Positions 1 to 8,883 of a stretch of 64,000 nucleotides of DNA are shown piece after piece; position 1 is the stretch's first letter; each line of letters starts with the position of its first letter. The translations under genes and the position numbers were made by a program. Below the pieces are notes generated by a model. That model was not told where the DNA came from. It ran no database searches and was given only the letters and a program-made list of their open reading frames with translations. Origin of the DNA: an uncultured Candidatus Rokubacteria bacterium (lineage in GTDB: Bacteria; Methylomirabilota; Methylomirabilia; Rokubacteriales; DASRDR01); NCBI GenBank assembly GCA_963805625.1, contig CAWDVE010000013.1, positions 128,001 through 192,000 of the forward strand, in the 5' to 3' direction.

Positions 1-306
1 AGCACCCAGGTGATCAGCAGCATGATCGACCACGGACTCTCGCCCCAGGAGGCCGTGGAAGTGCCACGCTGGTTCAGCTTCCCCGGGACCGACCCCGCGA
101 ACCTCGGGCTCCCGGCGGTGGTGCGGGTCGAGGAGCGCGTCCCCGAGGCGACCCGGCGCGAGCTCGCGGCGCGGGGGCACGTCGTCGAGACGCTCGGCGC
201 CTGGGCGGGCGGTGGCGCCGTCCAGCTGATCCAGGTCGACCCCGCGCGCGGCGTCCTCCGCGGGGGAAGCGACCCGCGCCCGGGCGGCGTCGCGCTCGGC
301 CTCTAG
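1..306 (+). CDS. ggt: Gamma-glutamyltransferase family protein, C-terminal part (5' end outside window)
   Basis: PQEAVEVPRW...GAVQLI...GGSDPR is the typical GGT small-subunit end; frame is open from base 1. Confidence 0.85.
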   Translation, partial: STQVISSMIDHGLSPQEAVEVPRWFSFPGTDPANLGLPAVVRVEERVPEATRRELAARGHVVETLGAWAGGGAVQLIQVDPARGVLRGGSDPRPGGVALGL

Positions 307-372
307 CCCCGCCTCCAGCGGGTGCTCCGAACGCACGCGGCCAATGGCGGACCAGGCGAGGACCCGGTCCGC

Positions 373-1677
373 GTGACGACCCGAGATCCGTCCCTCCGGC
401 GCCTGCCGGTCTTCTACGGATGGGTCCTGGTCGCGACGGCCTTCGTCACGATGGGCGTCGTGGTGAACGCGCGCACGGCGTTCTCGCTGTTCTTCCCGTC
501 GATCCTGGACGAGTTCGGCTGGTCACGGGCGCTCACCGCGGCCACGTTCACCACCGGGCTCCTCGCGTCGAACCTCTTTACGCCTTTCCTCGGTGTCCTC
601 ATGGACCGTTTGGGGCCGCGCGTTGTGTTTCCGGTGGGGCTCGGGCTCATGAGCCTCGGGCTCGCGCTCGCGACAGCCACCCGCGAGCCCTGGCACCTCC
701 ACCTCACCCTCGGGGTGCTGGTCGCGGGGGCCAGCGTCTTCGTGAGCTACATGGGGCACTCGCTCCTCCTGCCGAACTGGTTCATCCGTCAGCGAGGTCT
801 CGCGCTCGGCGTCGCCTTCTCCGGCGTGGGGGTGGGCTCGTTCCTGCTCCTGCCGTGGATCCAGGGGCTCATGGCGCGCGTGGGCTGGCGGGGCGCCTGC
901 TGGGTGCTCGCCGCGCTCGCCGCGCTGGTCGTCCTGCCGCTGAACGCCCTTCTTCCCCGGCGGCGCCCGGAGGAGCTGGGTCTCCGCCCCGACGGGGACG
1001 ACGCGCCGGGCGGAGCCGCCCGCCCGGCCTCCATCCATGTCGTCGACCCGGCTTGGGCCGCCACAGAGTGGACGCTCGCGCGGGCCCTGCGGACGAGCCG
1101 CTTCTGGTGGCTCTTCCTCGGCTACTTCACCGGACTCTTCACCTGGTACGCCGTCCAGATTCATCAGACGAAGTACCTCCTCGAGCTCGGGTTCTCGGGC
1201 GAGTTGGCCGCGTACGCCCTCGGCCTCGTCGGCCTGACCGGAATCGTCGGCCAGATCGCCTGGGGGCACTTCTCGGACCGCATCGGCCGCGAGTGGGCGT
1301 GGACGGCGAGCGGAGTGGGGTTCGCGGTCTGCTACCTGGCGCTCCTCGCGCTCCCGGGGCACCCGGCGCGATGGCTCGTCTACGTGATGGTCGCCGCGCA
1401 GGGGCTCCTCGGGTACGGGCTCGCGTCGGTCTTCGGCGCGATCCCGATGGAGCTCTTCCAGGGCGCGCGCTACAGCTCGATCTTCGCCGTGCTCAACATC
1501 GCCTCGAACGCGGGCGCCGGAATGGGACCCTGGGTCACGGGCTTGCTCTACGACCGCACCGGAAGCTACGCGCCGGCGTTCTGGCTCGCCATCGCCTGCA
1601 GCGCGGTGTCGGTCGTCGCCGTCTGGCTCGCCGCGCCCGGCAAAGTACGGCTCGTCGCCGGGCGCGTGCCCCGATGA
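373..1677 (+). CDS. MFS transporter (oxalate/formate antiporter-like)
   Basis: About 12 hydrophobic segments, FYGW start, motif A GVLMDRLGPR and GHFSDRIGR; start uncertain (GTG 322 or 373). Confidence 0.85.
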   Translation: MTTRDPSLRRLPVFYGWVLVATAFVTMGVVVNARTAFSLFFPSILDEFGWSRALTAATFTTGLLASNLFTPFLGVLMDRLGPRVVFPVGLGLMSLGLALATATREPWHLHLTLGVLVAGASVFVSYMGHSLLLPNWFIRQRGLALGVAFSGVGVGSFLLLPWIQGLMARVGWRGACWVLAALAALVVLPLNALLPRRRPEELGLRPDGDDAPGGAARPASIHVVDPAWAATEWTLARALRTSRFWWLFLGYFTGLFTWYAVQIHQTKYLLELGFSGELAAYALGLVGLTGIVGQIAWGHFSDRIGREWAWTASGVGFAVCYLALLALPGHPARWLVYVMVAAQGLLGYGLASVFGAIPMELFQGARYSSIFAVLNIASNAGAGMGPWVTGLLYDRTGSYAPAFWLAIACSAVSVVAVWLAAPGKVRLVAGRVPR

Positions 1678-1690
1678 GAAGGAGCGGATC

Positions 1691-2248
1691 ATGACGGACC
1701 CCGCAACGCTTCTCGGCGAGGCGCGGCGCGAGCTCGCGCGCTTCCCGGCCCTTCTCGACGCGGTGGTCGCCGGACTCACGCTCGAGCGCTGGCGGGCGCG
1801 GCCGGCGCTGGACGAGTGGGCGCCCGTCGAGATCGTCTGCCACCTCCGGGACGAGGAGGCCGAGGATTTCGGAGCCCGGGTCCGCGTCATCCTCGAGGGG
1901 GGCGCGCGGTTCGCCCCCATCGATCCGGAGGGCTGGGCGACGGCGAGACGCTACCACGAGGCGGAGCCGGCGGCCGCGCTGGCCGCCTTCCGGGAGCACC
2001 GGGCGGCGAGCCTCGCCATCCTGGCCGCCGCGACGCCGGAGCGCTTCGCGGCATCCGGCGAGAGCCCGTCGGGCCTCCGGCTCTCGGGACTCGATCTCCT
2101 CGCCGCCTGGGTCGCGCACGACGGGCTGCACCTTCGACAGCTGGCGGGCACGCTGACGCGAGAGTGGGCGGACCGCTGGGCGCCGCTCCGAGCGGACTAC
2201 GCCGGCCCGATCCCCTACCCGCCCGACGGGGCACGAACCGACGCCTAG
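1691..2248 (+). CDS. DinB family protein
   Basis: EWAPVEIVCHLRD and HDGLHLRQL His motifs; GGAG RBS. Confidence 0.8.
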   Translation: MTDPATLLGEARRELARFPALLDAVVAGLTLERWRARPALDEWAPVEIVCHLRDEEAEDFGARVRVILEGGARFAPIDPEGWATARRYHEAEPAAALAAFREHRAASLAILAAATPERFAASGESPSGLRLSGLDLLAAWVAHDGLHLRQLAGTLTREWADRWAPLRADYAGPIPYPPDGARTDA

Positions 2249-2396
2249 CCGGTCTCGCTCCTGTCGCCGCCGTAGACGTCGTCCGGGGGACGGGCCTTGG
2301 CAGCATCAGCCACCCTGCTAGACTGGCCGTCTGATCGGCGCCGCGCCGCCCGCCCGGCGCCATGCATGATGTGACGCCCGACAAGGAGGATCCGCG

Positions 2397-3068
2397 ATGG
2401 GTCAGATGCTGACGCTCAGCGCCGAGGACGGACACCAGCTCGCCGCCTACCGGGCCACGCCGGCCGGCACCCCGCGAGGTGGCCTGGTCGTCGTGCAGGA
2501 GATCTTCGGCGTCAATTCGCACATCAAGAAGATCTCGGACGGATGGGCCGCCGACGGCTACGTGGCGCTCGCACCCGCGCTGTTCGACCGCGTCAAGCGT
2601 GGCGTCGACATCGGCTATGGCCCGGAGGACATCCAGCAGGGCCGGGAGCTTCGCGGCAAGATCTCGACCGACGACAGCGTGCGCGACGTGCGCGCCGCCG
2701 TCCGCGAGCTTGCGCGTGCCGGTCTCCGGGTCGGCGTCGTCGGGTACTGCTGGGGCGGGACCTTGGCCTGGCTCGCCTCCACGCGCATCGAGGGCCTGTC
2801 GGCCACGGTGGGCTACTACGGCGGCGGCATCGCCGAGACCGCCGAGGAGTCGCCCCGGTGCCCGGTGATGCTCCACTTCGGAGAGACCGACACGGGGATC
2901 CCGAAGGAGCACTACGAGAAGGTGCGGCGCATCCACCCGACTCTCCCCGTCCACGTCTATCCCGCCGGTCACGGCTTCAGCTGCGACGCGCGCGGGAGCT
3001 ACCACGAGCCAAGCGCCCGTCTGGCGCGGGAGCGGACGCTCGCCTTCTTCCGTCAGCATGTCGGCTAG
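2397..3068 (+). CDS. Dienelactone hydrolase family protein
   Basis: QEIFGVN, GYCWGG nucleophile, AGHGF; AGGAGG RBS. Confidence 0.92.
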   Translation: MGQMLTLSAEDGHQLAAYRATPAGTPRGGLVVVQEIFGVNSHIKKISDGWAADGYVALAPALFDRVKRGVDIGYGPEDIQQGRELRGKISTDDSVRDVRAAVRELARAGLRVGVVGYCWGGTLAWLASTRIEGLSATVGYYGGGIAETAEESPRCPVMLHFGETDTGIPKEHYEKVRRIHPTLPVHVYPAGHGFSCDARGSYHEPSARLARERTLAFFRQHVG

Positions 3069-3180
3069 GGAGGCCGCAGCTAGGCCCGAGGTCACCGTTG
3101 TAAGCTGAGGCGTCAGGCAACGTGCCTGCGTGGTCCGCGGGGACCCGTCCCGTCGGTCCGGGACTTCTCCACAAGCCCGC

Positions 3181-3217
3181 TTGACCGGCCGTGGCTCCGT
3201 GGTTACATTGTGATCAC
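3181..3217 (+). promoter_or_regulatory. Sigma70-type promoter and probable operator of mazEF
   Basis: TTGACC(3181)-N17-TACATT(3204), followed by palindrome GTGATCAC (3210-3217). Confidence 0.65.
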
Positions 3218-3247
3218 GCCGTTACGGAGTTGGGAGGAGCACACGCC

Positions 3248-3499
3248 ATGAAGGCACGGTTGGTCCGGATCGGAAATTCCCGAGGAGTGCGCCTTCCCAA
3301 GCCCGTCATCGAGGAGGCGGGTCTGTCCGACGAAGTCGAGTTGCGCGTGCGCGATGGGGCCGTCGTCATCACGGGGGCGAGCCCTCCCCGGTCGGGCTGG
3401 GCTGAAGCCGCGCGCCGGATGCACACACGCGGCGACGATCAGCTTCTCGATGAGCCCACTCCCACTCGCTTCGATGACGAGGCGTGGCGGTGGCGGTAG
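3248..3499 (+). CDS. mazE: AbrB/MazE family antitoxin
   Basis: MKARLVRIGNSRGVRLPK AbrB signature; GGAGG RBS; overlaps the toxin gene. Confidence 0.9.
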   Translation: MKARLVRIGNSRGVRLPKPVIEEAGLSDEVELRVRDGAVVITGASPPRSGWAEAARRMHTRGDDQLLDEPTPTRFDDEAWRWR

Positions 3500-3825
3500 G
3501 GGCGGAAGTCACCCGAGGCGATGTGTTCCTGGTCGATCTCCGTCCCACTCGCGGGCACGAGATACGCCAGGCCAGGCCGTGTGTCATTGTGTCTCCTGAT
3601 GAGCTGAACGCACACCTCCGGACGTTCATCGTCGCCCCGCTCACCACAGGCGGGCACGGCTATCCGTTCCGGGTCGAGTGTCGGTTTCAGGGGAAGTCTG
3701 GACACGTGGTCATCGACCAGATCCGCACGGTGGATCGGGAGAGGCTGGTCAGACGCTTGGGGCGGCTGGCTCCCGCACCACTCGGCCAGGCGCTGGCCGT
3801 CTTGCAGGAGATGTTCGCTCCATAG
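3484..3825 (+). CDS. mazF: PemK/MazF family toxin
   Basis: RGDVFLVDL-P-GHE-RPCVIVS, DQIRTVD. Confidence 0.92.
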   Translation: MAVAVGAEVTRGDVFLVDLRPTRGHEIRQARPCVIVSPDELNAHLRTFIVAPLTTGGHGYPFRVECRFQGKSGHVVIDQIRTVDRERLVRRLGRLAPAPLGQALAVLQEMFAP

Positions 3826-3998
3826 GTGTGATGACCCTGCGCGAATGGGGGTCCATGGCGGGGTCGGACACGACCTCGACCCGCCGATCTGGCGTCGGGA
3901 TCGGTTACGCGGTAGGGTCGGGGCGGGGTGCACGGTCGGAACCGGGCCTTCGTCGTCCCTCGGAATGTCGCGGCGGCTCTTGGACGGAGGAAAACACC

Positions 3999-4970
3999 AT
4001 GACGCGCGTGGTCCCCGTGCTCCTCCTCGCTCTCCTCGCCGCACCGCTCGCCGCAGAGGGGCAGCCGGCGGGAAAGGTGCACCGCGTCGGGATACTGTCG
4101 CCGACCCGCGCCTACGCCGGTCGTGTCGAGGCGATCCGCCAAGGGCTCCACGAACTGGGCTACATCGAGGGCCGCAACATCGTGATCGAATACCGCGCCG
4201 CGAGCACGGAGGCCGAGATCGTCACGCTCGCTGTTGATCTGGCGCGATTGCACGTCGATCTCATTGTGACCGGGGGTTCTGCCTCCATCCGCCCTGCGAT
4301 GCAGGCGAGCCAGACGATACCGATCGTGATGGTGGCGGACAACGCCGATCCGGTTGTGGCCGGGTATGTAGTCAGCTACGCACGCCCGGGTGGGAACGTC
4401 ACGGGGTTGACGGGGCTCTCTCCCGACGTCACCGCCAAGCGGCTGGAGCTCTTGAGGGAAACCGTGCCCGGCATGTCACGTGTCGCCGTTCTCCGCAATC
4501 CACTCAGTCCCGATAGGGAGACCCTCTGGAACGAGACGATGGACGCAGCCCGACGACTGGGGCTGACCCTACAGCTGCTGGACCTGACCGACGCCGCTCG
4601 ACTGGAGAGCCTCTTCGAGGCGGCTGCCCGGGAACGCGCTCAAGGCTTGATCGTGATTCGCGATCCGCTGACGAACACGTTGCGACCAAGGATCGTCGCG
4701 CTCGCCTCGCAGCATCGGCTTCCCGCCATGTATGCGACCCGGGAAGCTGTGGAGGCAGGGGGCTTGATGGTCTACGGCGCCAATGTTTTCGCCCTGTATC
4801 GACGGACGGCGGTCTACGTCGACAAAATCCTGAAGGGCGCGAAGCCAGCCGACCTTCCGGTCGAACGCGCCGAGCGGCTTGAGCTCGTGATCAACCTGAA
4901 GGCGGCAAGGGCCATCGGCCTCACGATCCCGCAATCGGTGCTGACGCGGGCAGACGAGGTCATTCAGTAA
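3999..4970 (+). CDS. Stand-alone ABC transporter substrate-binding protein (ABC_sub_bind family)
   Basis: Signal peptide, LGYIEGRNIVIEYR, RPGGNVTG, KPADLPVE...LVINLKAA; GGAGG RBS before ATG 3999. Confidence 0.9.
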   Translation: MTRVVPVLLLALLAAPLAAEGQPAGKVHRVGILSPTRAYAGRVEAIRQGLHELGYIEGRNIVIEYRAASTEAEIVTLAVDLARLHVDLIVTGGSASIRPAMQASQTIPIVMVADNADPVVAGYVVSYARPGGNVTGLTGLSPDVTAKRLELLRETVPGMSRVAVLRNPLSPDRETLWNETMDAARRLGLTLQLLDLTDAARLESLFEAAARERAQGLIVIRDPLTNTLRPRIVALASQHRLPAMYATREAVEAGGLMVYGANVFALYRRTAVYVDKILKGAKPADLPVERAERLELVINLKAARAIGLTIPQSVLTRADEVIQ

Positions 4971-5127
4971 CCACTATGGCTAGGCGTACGACGCGCCGAT
5001 CGGGCCCTGGATGACCCTGCTGGACATCCCCTGCCGGTAAGCAACCGACGATCTCCAAGGCCCTCGCAATCACGGAAGCACTGAGGCGGGAGCGCGAACA
5101 CTCGCGCACCCTACCCGTCGCCCGCAC

Positions 5128-6060
5128 GTGATCGGCTACCTCGGGCAGCGGCTACTGTGGGCGTTCGCTGTCCTCGTTTCCATCTCCCTCGCCGTCTTCC
5201 TGGTCGTGCACCTCTCCGGGGATCCTACGGCGCTCTACCTGGGACCGGAGGGCACGAAGGCCGACTACGACATCATGCGAGCCGCCCTCGGGTTCGACCG
5301 CCCGCTGCCGGAGCAGTACGGCCACTTCCTGGCGCGGGCCCTCCAGGGCGATTTCGGGCGCTCCCTCCGGCACCGCCAGCCCACGCTGCCGCTGGTCCTC
5401 GAGCGGTTCCCGGCGACGGCCACGCTGGCGGTCGCCGCCATCGTGCTGGCGGTGCTCATCTCGCTCCCGCTCGGCATCCTGGCCGCGGTGCGGCGGGGCT
5501 CGCTTCTCGACTCCGGAGCGATGGCGCTGGCGCTCGCGGGCCAGTGCATGCCCACGTTCTGGCTCGGCATCCTCCTCATCCTCGTCTTCGCGGTGAACCT
5601 GCGCTGGGTGCCCGTCTACGGCGGTGAGAGCGTGCTGACCATCGTCCTGCCCACCGTCACCCTCGGCATCTGGGCCATGGCCCGGACCGCGCGCATCACG
5701 CGGTCGAGCATGCTCGAGGTCCTGAACCAGGACTTCCTCCGGACGGCGCGGGCGAAGGGCATGGGCGAGGGGTCGGTGATCCTGCGGCACGCTCTCCGCA
5801 ACGGCGCGATCCCGATCGTGACGGCCATCGGGCTCGAGCTCGGGAACCTCCTCGGAGGCGCGGTGATCACGGAGGCGGTGTTCGCCTATCCCGGCGTCGG
5901 CCGGCTGGCCGTGGAGGCGGTCGTCAACAAGGACGTACCGCTGATCCAGGCCGTCGTCCTCACCGTGGCGGGGGTGCTGCTGCTCCTGAACATCGTCATC
6001 GACCTCGTGTACACGGCGCTCGATCCGCGCGTGCGCCTCGGGCACTACCATGCAGCCTGA
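5128..6060 (+). CDS. Dpp/Opp/Nik-type ABC permease (DppB-like)
   Basis: GDFGRS, RTARAKG EAA loop, RHALRN, DPRVR end. Confidence 0.92.
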   Translation: MIGYLGQRLLWAFAVLVSISLAVFLVVHLSGDPTALYLGPEGTKADYDIMRAALGFDRPLPEQYGHFLARALQGDFGRSLRHRQPTLPLVLERFPATATLAVAAIVLAVLISLPLGILAAVRRGSLLDSGAMALALAGQCMPTFWLGILLILVFAVNLRWVPVYGGESVLTIVLPTVTLGIWAMARTARITRSSMLEVLNQDFLRTARAKGMGEGSVILRHALRNGAIPIVTAIGLELGNLLGGAVITEAVFAYPGVGRLAVEAVVNKDVPLIQAVVLTVAGVLLLLNIVIDLVYTALDPRVRLGHYHAA

Positions 6061-6994
6061 CGCGGAAGCCCTCCCGGTAGGCCTCCCGGGCTCTTCCCTG
6101 CGGACATCGCGCCGCGGGTGGCGCCGCACGCGGATCCTCCTCAGATCGGGCGGCGCGCGGATCGGGGCGGCGACTCTCCTCGTGGTGGGGATGTGCGCGG
6201 CGGCGCCCGGCCTGCTCGCTCCCGCCGACCCGAACGAGCAGAACCTCCTGGCGCGCTTCACCCGGCCCGCCACCCGCGCGGCCGACGGCACGCTCGCGGT
6301 CCTCGGGACGGATCAGCTCGGCCGGGATATCCTGAGCCGCGTGGTCCACGGGGCGAAGACCTCGGTCCTGATCGGATTGTCCGCCGTGGTCGTCGCCGGC
6401 GCCGTGGGCACCGGGCTCGGTCTCCTGGCCGGGATGCGGGGAGGTCCCTGGGACCACCTGATCATGCGCCTGGCCGACATGCAGTTCGCCTTCCCGTTCA
6501 TCCTCCTGGCCATCACGGTCATCGGCGTGCTGGGGGCGAGCGTCCGCAACATCATCCTGGTGGTCGGCCTCAGCAACTGGGTGGCCTACGCGCGGGTCGT
6601 GCGCGCCGAGACGCTGGCCGTTCGCGAGAAGGCGTTCGTCGACGCCGCCCGCGCCCTCGGCGTCCCGCTCGGATCGATCGTGTGGCGCCACGTGCTGCCG
6701 AACGTCAGCGCGTCGCTCATCGTCGTGGCGACGTTCGGCGTGGCGGGCGCCATCCTCACCGAGGCCGGCCTCTCCTTCCTCGGGCTCGGCGTGCCCCTCG
6801 CCATCCCCTCCTGGGGCGGCATGCTCGCCGAGGGCCGGCAGTTCGTCGACACGCGCTACTGGCTCGCGCTCTTCCCCGGCGCGGCCCTGTTCGTGACCGT
6901 GATGGGGATCAACCTCCTGGGCGACGCGCTCCGCGACGCCCTCGACCCCTACCTCCAGACCCGTCACACCCGAAGCTCCGTGGACCGCCTGTAG
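6050..6994 (+). CDS. Dpp/Opp/Nik-type ABC permease (DppC-like)
   Basis: LGTDQLGRD, FVDAARALG, HVLPN, EAGLSFLGLG, GDALRDALDP. Confidence 0.92.
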   Translation: MQPDAEALPVGLPGSSLRTSRRGWRRTRILLRSGGARIGAATLLVVGMCAAAPGLLAPADPNEQNLLARFTRPATRAADGTLAVLGTDQLGRDILSRVVHGAKTSVLIGLSAVVVAGAVGTGLGLLAGMRGGPWDHLIMRLADMQFAFPFILLAITVIGVLGASVRNIILVVGLSNWVAYARVVRAETLAVREKAFVDAARALGVPLGSIVWRHVLPNVSASLIVVATFGVAGAILTEAGLSFLGLGVPLAIPSWGGMLAEGRQFVDTRYWLALFPGAALFVTVMGINLLGDALRDALDPYLQTRHTRSSVDRL

Positions 6995-7016
6995 ATCCGA
7001 AAAGAGGAGGCTTCCG

Positions 7017-8597
7017 ATGATGCGACCGGAGACCACCCCACGCCCGGGCCACCGGGCCGCGCGATTTGCCTCGATCCTCGCCCTCATAGCGCTCATCGCC
7101 CTCGCCGGGCTCCTCGCGCCGACTGGGCGCGAGGCCGCCGCCCAGCAGAAGCCCGTCGTCGTCGTGCAGTCGGGCGAGGCCGCGACGCTCGACTGGCACA
7201 TGCACTGCGACAAGAACGCGCACGAGCCGGATCGCCAGATCTTCGACACCCTGCTCCGGCGGAACACCAAGACCCTCCAGCTCGAGGGGAACCTGGCCGA
7301 GTCCTGGCGCCTCGTCAACGACACCACGTGGCAGTTCAAGCTCCGCCGGAACGTGAAGTTCCACAACGGCGAGCCCTTCGACGCCAGCGCCGTCAAGTTC
7401 AGCATCGAGCGGATGCTGAACCCCCAGCAGGCGGCACCCGGCCGGACCAGCATCGCGACGATCGACCGTGTCGAGATCGTCGACCCGCTCACGGTGAACG
7501 TCATCACCAAGGCGCCGTTCCCCCTCCTGCCCGTCCGGATGAGCCCCGGGCACTGCGGCACGGTGGGCATCGTCCCGCCGAAGTACGTCGCGCAGGTCGG
7601 CGACGCCGGCTTCGCCGTCAAGCCGGTCGGCACCGGCCCCTACAAGTTCGTCGAGTGGGTCAAGGACGAGCGCCTCGTGCTGGACGCCAACAAGGACTAC
7701 CACCGGGGAGCCCCGGCGATCGACCGCCTGGTGTTCCGCCCCATACCCGAGCTCACCACGCGCGTGGCCGCGCTCCTCTCCGGCCAGGCGGATCTCGTCA
7801 GCGACATCCCGCCCGACCAGGTCGAGAAGGTGAAGGCGAGCGGGGTCGCCCGCATCGAGGTGTCGACCCTCGGCGGCTTCATCATCATGATGAAGATCAC
7901 GAACTACCTCATGCCGGGCCCCTGGCAGGACGTGCGGGTCCGGAAGGCCATCAACTACGCCATCGACATGGACACGATCATCAAGACCGTGCTCGAGGGC
8001 TACGGGCAGGTGCTCGGCGTGCCGCTCGAGAAGGAAGCCTTTGGATTCAATCCCAACATCAAGTGGTACGGGTACGATCCGGACCGGGCCAGGGCGCTGC
8101 TTCGCGAGGCGGGGCACCCCAACGGCTTCGAGATGACCCTCCACGTGCCGAACCGCCGCTACATGAACGACATCGAGGTCGTCCAGGCGATGGCCCAGAT
8201 GCTCGGCAAGGTGGGCATCAAGGCGAAGGTGGAGGTCGGCGAGCAGAGCGTCTACACGACGAAGTGGCGCCAGAAGCAGCTCCTGCCGGTCTACATGACG
8301 GCGTGGGGCGGCGCCGGCGTGTTCGACGGCGACCTCCTCGTGAACTCGCTCCACTCGAAGTCCGCGCTGTCGATCAACAAGAACGAGGCGCTCGACAAGA
8401 TCCTCGAGGACGCCCAGGGGTCGAACGACCCCGAGAAGCGAAAGGCGCTCTACTGGAAGGCGCAGGAGATGATCTACGAGGAGGCGCCCATCATCAAGGC
8501 ATACCAGCAGGCCCACATCTTCGGCATCAGCAGCCGTCTGGACTGGACGCCCTGGATCGACAACATGCTGTTCCTCTACGACGCCAAGTTGAAGTAG
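7017..8597 (+). CDS. Family 5 ABC substrate-binding protein
   Basis: Signal peptide, LAESW, FKLRRNVKFHNG, GTGPYK, VRKAINYAID. Confidence 0.92.
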   Translation: MMRPETTPRPGHRAARFASILALIALIALAGLLAPTGREAAAQQKPVVVVQSGEAATLDWHMHCDKNAHEPDRQIFDTLLRRNTKTLQLEGNLAESWRLVNDTTWQFKLRRNVKFHNGEPFDASAVKFSIERMLNPQQAAPGRTSIATIDRVEIVDPLTVNVITKAPFPLLPVRMSPGHCGTVGIVPPKYVAQVGDAGFAVKPVGTGPYKFVEWVKDERLVLDANKDYHRGAPAIDRLVFRPIPELTTRVAALLSGQADLVSDIPPDQVEKVKASGVARIEVSTLGGFIIMMKITNYLMPGPWQDVRVRKAINYAIDMDTIIKTVLEGYGQVLGVPLEKEAFGFNPNIKWYGYDPDRARALLREAGHPNGFEMTLHVPNRRYMNDIEVVQAMAQMLGKVGIKAKVEVGEQSVYTTKWRQKQLLPVYMTAWGGAGVFDGDLLVNSLHSKSALSINKNEALDKILEDAQGSNDPEKRKALYWKAQEMIYEEAPIIKAYQQAHIFGISSRLDWTPWIDNMLFLYDAKLK

Positions 8598-8599
8598 GC

Positions 8600-8860
8600 G
8601 CCACTCGGCCGCCGCGGGGCTGCCGTCGACGTCACCCCGACAGCGAAACGCCACCGCGGGTGACGCCGGCGGCGCCCCGCGCCGAGGGGCGGCCAGGGGC
8701 CGTCGCGTCCCGAGGGTCGACAGGCCCGAGGCGCGATGGCCAGCGCGGTCGGGCTGTCCTCCTCGCCTCCCGCGAGGTTGCACCCCGCGAGGGGCGAGGA
8801 GACAGGGGCCCGGAGCCCCGAGACGCAGGGCAAATCGGCGGCAAGACCGGTAACGGCACA
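8600..8860 (+). ncRNA. Candidate structured intergenic RNA (three long hairpins plus small stems)
   Basis: Complementary arms identified by eye: 8604-8686, 8698-8741, 8750-8812; GACA and GTAA tetraloops; no known family recognised. Confidence 0.4.
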
Positions 8861-8883
8861 CGCACACTCGAACGGGAGACGTG

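Noticed and set aside
5035-5095. QPTISKAL HTH-like fragment
   Set aside because: Too short, with no start; could be chance
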